A stretch of DNA of 63,547 nt, counting the filler. It is 9 parts of 9 records of this genome, joined end to end, with 100 filler letters (N's around TTAATTAATTAA, not from the genome) between each part and the next. Parts side by side here need not be neighbours in the genome. Positions count along the whole stretch, not along the records: positions 24,409 to 37,685 come from SRR7504441_7532; positions 37,786 to 42,831 come from SRR7504441_7534; positions 42,932 to 51,074 come from SRR7504441_7550; 6 more parts are not named here. One strand, given 5' to 3'. The notes below the pieces were generated by a model, which was given only the letters and a program-made list of their open reading frames with translations, ran no database searches and had not been told where the DNA came from. Each line of letters begins with the position of its first letter. Position 1 is the stretch's first letter. A program made the position numbers and the translations under genes. Below are positions 34,418 through 44,024 of this stretch, piece after piece.

Positions 34418-36551
34418 TCATGCTATGGCGCAGGACCCGTCCGAATCCTCGCCGTCCACCCCCTCTATCAGCTGGAACACGCTGCCCTTCCCCACAACCC
34501 CTTGCGCGGACGAGCATGACTGAATGTCTAGCCGCTTTGACTTTTGCCTCGTAAACACTCCACAGACGGCCTCGTACATGACAACCGGCTCCCCTCCAAC
34601 TGGCCGCACGCTAAACACAGTGGCCCAGCTGTTGTGCCCGCCATCTGCGGTGGCGTCGCCGTTCTGAGCAACGTCCAAGCACGCCCGACCATCCTCACTT
34701 AGCACCTGCACCTGATGCCCCAGGCAGACAGGCCCCTTGCTCTCGCCGTCCACTCGACGGAGCAGCACTCTGGTGCTCCGGCTCTGCTCGTGCGCATCCG
34801 CCTTGGGCTTGCCTCCCCGGTTGATGTCCACGCACTCATGCCCCCTGCTCCGGCAAAGGATGAACTTCACGGGGATATCCTCATTCAAGAGTCGAGCTTC
34901 CTTCATCTGAGCCTTAGCCACCGCCTGCCCTCCCACACTCTGGCTGAGCGCGCTCGATATCCTCCGGATGTACAGAATCTTGCTCACCGCCCGCCTGAGA
35001 CTCCGACGCGAGTTGTCCAGCCTAAGATGCGCCAGCTGGTCAGCCAGGCTACGACTCGACTGACTCGACTGACTGATCCACGCGTGCCGCGCCGCCGCCT
35101 TGGCGGTTATCCTGCGGGCCTGGCTGGGATGGATCATCCGCGAGAGCAAGTCCTGTGCGACCGAGTCCGCCTTGGTCTTACTCAGCTGTTGCTGGATCAG
35201 GAGAGAAGCCTTGGAGCTTCGGGAGCGAGGCTCGACCGCCGGGGGTATCCCGTCAAACTCATTCAGAAGCTTCCGGAGCGCAGGGACCGAAAGCCCGGCG
35301 CTGAATGGCGGCTTGCCCACGAGCATCTCGAACATGATGCAACCGACGCTCCAAACGTCGGCAGGCGGCCCGTAGTCCTTTACTGTACGGCCGCGCTCCC
35401 GGAGCATTTTCACTACATCCTCCGGCGGTCCGTGCACCTCGGGCGCCGCGTACAGCGGAGTGCCCACAAAGCTCTTGAGCGTGCCCACATCATCCACTGT
35501 GTGCCGACTCAGCCCGAAATCGGTCAGTTTGATCTCAAAATTGGGCTCCGACGACGTGCACAGGATGTTCTCAGGGCGCAAATCCAAATGCAGCACATTC
35601 AGCGAGTGCATGTAGGCCACAGCGCCCAGGATCTGGCCGGTGATCTGGGCCGCTCGCCCCTCGGTAAACCCGGTCCGGTTTTGGCTGATCTGTGCACAGC
35701 CGCCAGCTCAGCCGATGCGGCATCTGGGCGCACCACGGCGTATAGATGGCCGCCCATAACCGGCTCTAGCATCAGCAGCAGCTGCTGCCGGGTCTCGATC
35801 AGCTCGCGCACCTGGACGATGTGCGGGTGTCCGTCCATCCGCCGAAGCAGGTTGGCTTCACGTATCACGGCGTGCACCTGCGGCCAGCAGCTGATCAAAA
35901 CACAGCAGGTGCAGACCTCCTTGGCAGCAAGCGCAGACTTTTGGAAGAGCTTCATGGCCGACTCGAGCCCGGACTCGCGGTCCTTCACCAGGTACACCGC
36001 GGCGTAATGCCCCTCGCCCAACTTGCGTTCTATCGTGTACCGGTCGGGCGTCTGCTCTGCCTCCTCAAGGCTGGTACCTTGATACGCTGGCGCGGAGGTC
36101 TGCCCCCCGGCCGGGACCACCAGCTGGTCCAGCCGGCCGAACTCCATCGCGCCGTCCTGGTCCAGCAGAAACCCCTTGAGCTCGTCCCATTCCACCCGGC
36201 CCCAGGGCGGCTTGGAGTCCATCCGCTCCATCAGCCGCCACAGCCCGCTGTTCCGGTCCGGGTTGCCAGGGTCCAGAATCTCGAGCAGCCGGGACACCTG
36301 CGCCCCGCGCTCCGCGTAGGTTCGGCCGCCCGGGTGCCTCCCCGATATCAAGCCAGCCGCTCCTGTCCACATCCACAGCCTCGAACGCCTCGCGCAGTCG
36401 CGACTCGAGACCGTCCTTGAACCGACCATGCGCCTCCTCCTGCCCCGCAGTCAGCCCGCCCCGGCCTGCAGCCCACCCAGGCATCCGCCCGCTCGGCCTC
36501 GACCCTCGCCAGGTCGCCTTCAAGGGCTTGCTGATGAGCACTCGACGCCAT
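34418..36551 (-). CDS. CAMK-group Ser/Thr kinase with N-terminal EF-hands and extra C-terminal beta domain; 4 introns
   Basis: EF loop DVDRSGWLDIGE; LGEGHYAAV, AMK, HPHIV, HLDLRPEN, DFG, GTPLYAAPE, DVWSVG; CaM-binding-like NSRRSLRRAVSKI. Confidence 0.9.
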
Positions 36552-36604
36552 CGCCCAACAGACACTCGGCCGTTGGCAGCGTGCAGGCCGTGTCCGCGGG
36601 GGCT

Positions 36605-37408
36605 ATGGCAGCCGGGCTGTGCGCCGCGGCATCGTCGCAGCCGCACTACCAGTCGGTCCCTGAGCCGGCGGGCCAGAGCCAGCACCAGGAGGGCTGCTGC
36701 GCTTGCCTGGCCGAGAACCTGGTCCTGCCCGAGCCTAGCCGGGCGCTGCCGCAAGGGGTGGCCCAGCAGCGTTGGGACGCCATCGACGACTGCGGCTGCT
36801 GCAGCTACCGCCGGGCCTCGCTGGGCTGCCCACTCTGCGGCTGCTGCGGGTCTTACTGCGCTGAGTGCACTCTGCATCACTTCGGTAGGGCGGTGAGTGG
36901 CCCCTGCTGCATCTTCGGCCAGAGTGAGAGACCCTCATCTCCCGGCGTGTGACCGGGGGCCAGTCGTCACGCTGCACCATCGAGAGCACCCAGTCTGCTG
37001 CAGCTGCTGCTGCGGGCCTAACGGCCTCGGTGCGCCTCCCCGCCCGGTCGGCCGCTCAGCCGTGGGGCAGCTGCGTGCCTCTGCCTGGCCCCGATAGTGC
37101 TGCTCGGTGGAATCCCGCCGGGGGTGCCCCTCCAGTTCAGCTGCGCGGCCGGTTGCCTCACGCTGGTCCAGAGGAGGATGCTTTACGCCTCTTTCGGGCT
37201 CGACCAAAGCGGCCACAGGCCGTCGAACAAGACTGAGCCGTTTGTGTTTTGCTGCTACCCGTGTGCGCTCTGGAAGCATCTTGTCTTTCTGACCGAAATC
37301 ACGGAGCTGACCGAGGAGGCCGAATCCCGAGAGCCGATCGACGCCGATCTAGAGCCGACGAGAGGGCTCGCTCCTCCCTCGCAACGCCAACCAGCGACCA
37401 ACTTTTAA
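36605..37408 (+). CDS. Cys-rich PLAC8/cornifelin-like protein with introns
   Basis: GPCCIFGQ..., LVQRRMLYASFGL, FCCYPCALWKH. Confidence 0.6.
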
Positions 37409-37685
37409 GCCACGCTTCATAACAATTACAGTGAATACGGGTACGAGTACAATGTCATGCGGGTACCAGTTCGCAAAACGTCGATTGTCGACTCATAATT
37501 ATGATTAATACGAGTACGATACAAGAATACCAGGAGTACACGCTATTACGCATCGCGCGCAATGTGCGCATGTCGACTCTGTTGAAAACTCATAGATGTA
37601 TGATTGGCCAGCCCCGATCCCTTGAATGATGTATCGTCACATAAGTCGTACCTATTCACGTCGGTATTTGATAGTCAGATTGTCC

Positions 37686-37785
37686 NNNNNNNNNNNNNNN
37701 NNNNNNNNNNNNNNNNNNNNNNNNNNNNNTTAATTAATTAANNNNNNNNNNNNNNNNNNNNNNNNNNNNNNNNNNNNNNNNNNNN
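37686..37785. other. Artificial contig linker
   Basis: N44-TTAATTAATTAA-N44. Confidence 0.98.
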
Positions 37786-40700
37786 CGGCAGCCTGGTCCG
37801 CAACCAGTGCCAGCGCAATTCTGTGACGATCGGTTGCCTTGCCAGCCTGTAGAACCGATGACAGGCATGCCGGGACTTCTGCCGGCGTTGCTGCCACACA
37901 GCAAGGAGCAGAAGCCAAAGTGGCGGACTGCTCCTCCATCTCGACATCCATCCCCTCAGGCTGTGACGCGGCTCCTGATGCCTTCTCCAGCTGTACCAGC
38001 AGAGCTGATACCTCCAGCCCGCAATTTCCTAATGCAGTCAGCCGTCGGCGGAGCAGCACAGGACTGCGGCAACCGGCAGCAGCCTTCAAGTTGGTCTTTG
38101 CCCGTTCTAAAATCAAAGCCGCAGAATGCTTCGGGAGGCCATAGCTACAGAGCAGATCTAGACTTTCAGCCGCTGTCAAAAGCCCTGCGCCGATTGAAGC
38201 CAGCCCCGGATGAGCACTGCAGCAGAGCCAATGTGCACAGGTTCGGTTGAGCAGAGGCTCGGATTCGAGGCCCTGCTGGATATAAGGCTGCCGGAGCTTG
38301 CCATCATCGTCAGGCAAGAACAAAGCATCTACCATCAGCTCCACCTGCGGCAAGGGCAGCATCTCGAGCAGACTTAAGATACTCTCACACACGGTTGTAG
38401 GTAATTCTACGGGCTCCTTGAACTGCTGCCTCTTGGCGTCTGGGATCAGCAGCGCCTGCTGCTTGCCCACAAAGCCGAATTGGGTTGCATTTGTCAATAC
38501 AGGTATATACAAGTCTGACATGGCCTGTGCAATCTTTGGACGCTCTGTCAGAACGTATGAGCTGACTCCGGTTCTAGTAGTGAGCAGCGATGATACAGCT
38601 GTCATTGCGGCTCCAGCGGCCGCAGTGGCATGCGGCAACCCAGGAATGCTTAACAGGAAGTCAAGGTAGCAGCAAGTAACCGCAGCATCGTTTGAAGTCA
38701 AGGCGGCCTCGGCCACAATCTCTACAACTTTATGGCAATCACGGTTGAAGTCTTTGTGTTGAGGTAGCGATGCCAACCAAACCTGGCTGTTCTGACTATC
38801 TGACTGTTTGGCGATGATGCTGAATGTAGAGGCAGCATCTAAAGCCAAGGCGAGGCATTTGTGAGCGACGTTGCGATCAGCCGCCTTCTTGGCATGTAAA
38901 TGCTCTGCAAAGCAGCTCAGCACCGTGATCGCGCTGTTATTTGCCAGATGCCCGCGGATCTGCTCGAGCACTCGCTCCTGCAGCTGTGCATGCGCACCCG
39001 CACTGTCAAAGTCAAACCTGTGCAACAGGCCACACAGACAGTCCACGGGCAGAAGCATGACAGTGTCCGGCTCCTAGCCCCGCCGTCAGTGGCTACCACA
39101 GCCAGCACTCGCCTGATTCAGGATGGGGTTGAGCCAGGCCATCGCCGCGGCTGCTGGCTGGCTCTTCATCGTCTCGAGCAGCAGGTCCGGCTGCCTGCAC
39201 CGCCTGAGCTTCTTGCCCAGCTCCAGCTTGCTCGAGAGACTCTGCAGCGACGAGAGAACCTTGTCCGGTGGGCGGCGGGCGGCCACAGTGGCCTGGTGGT
39301 CCATCAGGATCAAAGAATCGGCCATCTCAGTGTTGAGCGAGGCCCCGGTGCCCATCTTGAGATCGCCATCCAGTCTGAGCAAGTATTCGCGCTCGGCCTG
39401 CACCAACCTGGCTGCGCCCACAATCATGCCGTCGTCCGTAAGCGGCGGGGCTTGGGCTGCCTTGAGCGGCAGCTGCCTGCTGAAGCCCTCCAGCGCAGGC
39501 CACCTGCCAGCGGATCAGGCATAGCAGAGAGGGCGCCGGACCGCCATGTGTTGGTGAGCACGCACTCGAGCAGCGCCCTGAGGGTAGGCAGCTGCTCCCA
39601 GCACACACGCCCGAACACAAGCACGTTGGAGCAGGCCAGCATCACGCACACCAGGCAGGCCTGCCAGTAGTTGTCCGCCTGCGCCATCGGCTTGTGCCCG
39701 TGTTGCTCGGACACTTTGTGCAGGGCCGGGGCCGAGTGCTCGCACAGACTGAACAGCTGCGGGAGCAGATCTGCCGTCTGGAGCTGCACCGCGTCCTCTT
39801 TGACTGCCTTGAGCAGCAGCTGCTCGACCAGCCCAAGCGCCTCCATCGGCCCGATCACAGACTGCTGGCCGGCCGCCGCCACAATCCGGACGAGCAGCGG
39901 CTCGCTCACTGTGATCTCGGAGCAGAGCAGGGTGAAGACCCTCTTGTCATGCTCAGAAGATGAGTCCGGCCCGGCACTGACCACGTATCTGTCCGCCAGA
40001 CTCAGCCCGCCCAGGCCGGCAGGCGCACTCGCGGAGCGGCTCTAGGAAGAGCGCCTTGTGCAGCAGCTTGAGCCAGCTCTGCTTGGCCAACTGGTCGACG
40101 CAATACGGGGCCACCAGCTCGCCTAGCCAGCCGACCACCGCCAGCTGCAGAGAGCCGAGCGAGCGCAAAAACTGGCCGAGCTGGGCTGGCTGGGTGAGCA
40201 GCGCCGAGGCCCGGAGCTGGACCACCAGCAGGAGCATCTCGAGAAGGAACCTGGACCAGCGGAGCAGCCCGGCTGTCACGCTCTTCAGGTCGGCCTCCTC
40301 CGGGACTAGAGTGACTGCCAGCAGCACTGGGTCCAGCCTGTCCGCCAACTGCTTGAGCAGCTTGCGCACCAGCGGTTTGAGCGCCGCCCGGCCGCGCTCG
40401 TCCATCGAGACCCGACGGAGCGCGATTGCCAGGTGCTGGGTGCCAAACTCGGGCGAAACGAGTTCGGTGAGCGCCTGGAGCAGCTTGAGGTTGGAGTGAG
40501 GGTTGGTCATCTCGTTGGCGATGCACTGCTCGAGCACCTTGCACAGCATGACCGGGTTGGCCTTGACCAGCAGGCAGAGGGCTTCGCTCCAGAACGAGAG
40601 GTGGGTCGCCCGCCACTTGATCCGAAGCAGTTGTTCCACGGCCTGGTGGTCAGTCGCGCTCTCAGTCACGCAGTGCCGCACAAGCTCCCGCAGCAGCTGC

Positions 40701-41725
40701 TTGGCGTGCTTGGCCAGCACCGGGCTGTGCACCCAGCTCGAGCTGGCCAGCCGCTCGGCCGCAATGAGCCTGATCCCGGGTACGTTGATGAAGGCGAGCA
40801 GCGTGAGGATGAGAGGCTGGGCCTGGTCCTCGCTGTAGTAGTTGCGCAGGTGAACCCCGAGGTACTGCACTACGAACTCGTGGATCTGGTGCCGCACTGC
40901 TGGGTCAGGATATCTGCCGCCCGCGGCTCAGCTGGCCACGGCTGGCACTCACCGGCAAGCCTGCTCGGCTGGGGCGGCCAGCGCGACCGGGGGAGGCGCC
41001 ACGCGCGGTGACTCTGTGCCGCCTATCACTTCGTCCTCCTCGAGCACCTCGTCCTCGCCTAGCAGGACCGCCGGCTGGCTCGGGGCCTGCGCACAGCTCA
41101 GCCAGCACGGTAGGTCTGTTGCCTGTGCGATCTTGGGGAAGGCAGTCAGGATGTTCGCCACGAACTCGGCGGCCTGCGGCTGGTCCACCCAGTTGCGCGG
41201 GCCGACAGAGTCCTCCAGGAACGCCTCGACCAGCTCGAGCGGCCACTGATGCTGATGCGCCAGAGCCCGGGCCAGCAGACTGCACAGCAGCACCGCCAGC
41301 TGCGGCCAGCGCTTCATGATTGCGGCCGAGTCCCGGCGGAGGCAGAGCATCATCTCGCGCTGGAGTGTGCTGATTGCGAACACCAGCGGCCGTTGCTTGC
41401 TCACCAGCATCAGGGCCAGCATCCCAGCCGCGCTGCTGTGCTGCTTGAGCCGCGCCAAGATCTGGTAGCACTGCCCCTCGGCCGCCGGGATATCAGCCTG
41501 GTCGAACGCCTGCACAATCCGCCCGGCCAGCCCCACCGGATCCACCGGGTCCTCCGCCGGCTCCGGGCCGGGCTCCTCCGGCGCGAGGGCCGTCACTCGG
41601 GCCGGCGGGGGCGGCTTCTTGGGGACCGGGGCCGGGGCGTGCGAGAGCCGGGCGCGCTTGGAGGTCCCGAGCGGCATCAGCTCGTCCCCGTCGGGGTCCA
41701 GCTTCTTGATCGGCCGTCCCGACAT
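37786..41725 (-). CDS. INTS1: Integrator complex subunit 1, 3'-partial; 4 introns
   Basis: ELMPLGTSK, WPLELVEAFLEDSVGPRNWVD, FVANILTAF, LLHKALFLEP, WEQLPTLRALLECVLTN, LRRCRQPDLLL, LLPVDCLC, LCSYGLP. Confidence 0.88.
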
Positions 41726-41758
41726 CGGGGGTGTCCCAGAAGGCCCTAAGGGCCCAAG

Positions 41759-42589
41759 GTGCGGTGGAGGCCGTGGAGCAGTGTCGGTGGAAGCCAGTCA
41801 CTGAGAGTGGGTTTCCGTTATGTACAACGGTGCCTGCCAGCTCGGACTGCGCTGGATCTCAGCCGGTGGAAGCCGGCGTTGGCTGGACTGCTGCTGCTGC
41901 TGCTGACCGGCTGGCGCTTGCACCAACAGCCCGTCGATCCAGATACTTCCTCGTCTGCAGAGCTCAGCAGCCCCAGCAGCATGTACCGCGCGGCCCTGGA
42001 GCCGCTGGCCGGCGGGCTGGTCAAGGTCCGGCTGCACCAGGCGGCCGGCCAGCCGGTGCCGTTCGAGCGCGCGCTCAAGCTGCTGGCCGAGGGCGAGCCG
42101 CAGTTCACCGGTGCCGTGCTCCGGGCGCTCGGCTCTGGCCCGGCCGGCTGCTTCTGGGAGCATCCGCCGGTCTGGGCCGGCTGCCGGGCCGATTATCAGT
42201 TCGTGCTGGTGCCGGCTCCGATGCTCGAGCGCCGGCCGGCCGACCTGGGCCCGTTCGAGCTGCCGCTGAGCCGATGCGTCCCGGGGGGCAGCTGCCGGTT
42301 TATGAACCTGGGGGGTGACGCCGAGCTGGTGGCCCCCGCGCCGCAGCCAGGGGCCCGGCGGGCACAGTACGCCCACCTGGCCAGCTTTGTGCGCGGGGCA
42401 CCCGAGACGGAGGTGCACGCATTCCTGCGTGAGGTTGGGGCGGCGGCGATCGACCGGCTGGGGAAGGAGCCAGTTTGGCTGAGCACAAGCGGCCTCGGGG
42501 TGAGCTGGCTGCATGCAAGGCTCGACTCTCGGCCCAAATATTATACGCATGAACCTTACAAGCGCGTGGGCGAAATAAATGAATACTAA
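41759..42589 (+). CDS. Conserved uncharacterised protein (WLSTSGLGVxWLHxRLDxxPKYY type); start uncertain, first in-frame ATG 41981
   Basis: FWEHPPV, QFVLV, FMNLGGDAELVAP, YAHLASFVRGAP, PVWLSTSGLGVSWLHARLDSRPKYY. Confidence 0.75.
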   Translation: MRWRPWSSVGGSQSLRVGFRYVQRCLPARTALDLSRWKPALAGLLLLLLTGWRLHQQPVDPDTSSSAELSSPSSMYRAALEPLAGGLVKVRLHQAAGQPVPFERALKLLAEGEPQFTGAVLRALGSGPAGCFWEHPPVWAGCRADYQFVLVPAPMLERRPADLGPFELPLSRCVPGGSCRFMNLGGDAELVAPAPQPGARRAQYAHLASFVRGAPETEVHAFLREVGAAAIDRLGKEPVWLSTSGLGVSWLHARLDSRPKYYTHEPYKRVGEINEY

Positions 42590-42831
42590 CAATTGAAACA
42601 GAATTAAATGCGGCGCTTAAGTGGTGTACGCCATTCACCGAAAGAACAAGAGCTTTACGTCGTTTATGAGTAAAAATAACTTACGAGTGTATAATTATAA
42701 ATCCAGGAGTAATTAAGACCATGCACGCACTCCGTCACTCCAGTGCGGGCCCTCGGGCGGCTGGGCTCGGAGTGAGCCCCGCCAACTGGCGGCTCCGGCT
42801 CACGAACTCTTCCGGGGAGAGCGGAGCCTCC

Positions 42832-42931
42832 NNNNNNNNNNNNNNNNNNNNNNNNNNNNNNNNNNNNNNNNNNNNTTAATTAATTAANNNNNNNNNNNNN
42901 NNNNNNNNNNNNNNNNNNNNNNNNNNNNNNN
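42832..42931. other. Artificial contig linker
   Basis: N44-TTAATTAATTAA-N44. Confidence 0.98.
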
Positions 42932-43291
42932 AGGAGCTTTATTTCAAACGAGACTACAACTAACAAAGCCTCCTTGACCCCGAAACGCCCAAGCGCCGCA
43001 GCCCTGACTATCACACTTATCTACACCTATTAATAACCTATTACACTGTCGCACTGTAAATTGAAACCTAACTAACGCCCACTTGGTTTGAGGCTCGGCC
43101 GGCATCGGGCGCGCTCAGCCCACCTGCGCGTCAGCGGCTGAGCACCGGGCGATCCGAGCCGGGGTGCTTGGAGCCCTCTGGTTCGAAGGGACTCCGAGAT
43201 TACTCCAAGAGTACTCAGAGATCATAGTCGCATAGTCGTAGGTCGTATCATCAGGCAGCGCCTGCATAAATCCGTTACAAATCAGCCGACG

Positions 43292-43921
43292 ATGGCCGAA
43301 CACTGGGACGGGGTGGTGCGGTGGGTGCGGGAGGTGCCGGCCCTGACCCGGCTGTACGCGATCGGGGCGGTGTGCGTCACGGCCGGGTGCGCGGCCGGGC
43401 TGATCCCGCCCCGGGCACTCTTGGGCTGGAGCTGGAGCCAGCCGTGGCGCGGGCTGGGCGGGCTACTCTATCTGGGGCCGCCCGGGCTGGGGCCGGTGCT
43501 CGAGCTCGGGTTCTGGCTCCGGTTCGGCGGGGGGCTGGAGAAGGAGCAGTTTGGCGGCCGGCGGGCCGATTACTTGATGCTGCTCGGGTGCGGGGCCGGC
43601 GGGTTGCTCGTGGCGAGCTGGTTGGGCGGGCGGGCCGGCGGGCTCGGGTCGGCGCTGGTGTGCGTGGTGGTGTACGTGTGGAGCTACTGCAACCCGACGG
43701 TGCGGATCAATTGGTTCGGGCTGGTGCTGTGGGCACCGTACTTCCCGTGGCTGCTGCTGGCGGCCTCGGTGATGCTCGGGAACTCGCCGGTGGACGAGCT
43801 GCTCGGGATCGCGGTAGGGCACCTGTGCTTCTTCCTGGCCTTCGTGCTGCCCAGGATACGCGGCGTGGCCCCACTGCGCGCCCCGGCCGCCCTGGCCAGG
43901 GCGGTGGATTCGGTGATGTGA
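43292..43921 (+). CDS. DER1: Derlin (Der1-like ERAD membrane protein), intronless
   Basis: VPALTR, QPWR, LEKEQFGGRRADYLMLL, VYVWS..NP, APYFPWLLL, LLGIAVGHLCFFL. Confidence 0.93.
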   Translation: MAEHWDGVVRWVREVPALTRLYAIGAVCVTAGCAAGLIPPRALLGWSWSQPWRGLGGLLYLGPPGLGPVLELGFWLRFGGGLEKEQFGGRRADYLMLLGCGAGGLLVASWLGGRAGGLGSALVCVVVYVWSYCNPTVRINWFGLVLWAPYFPWLLLAASVMLGNSPVDELLGIAVGHLCFFLAFVLPRIRGVAPLRAPAALARAVDSVM

Positions 43922-44024
43922 TGTCACGCCGGTGTCGACTTACTCCGTACAGTGCGTAACATTACAACCGGCAGCACATGTAAAGGAATCATATAGGGCT
44001 ATTGTTCTATTGCTTATTCTATTG

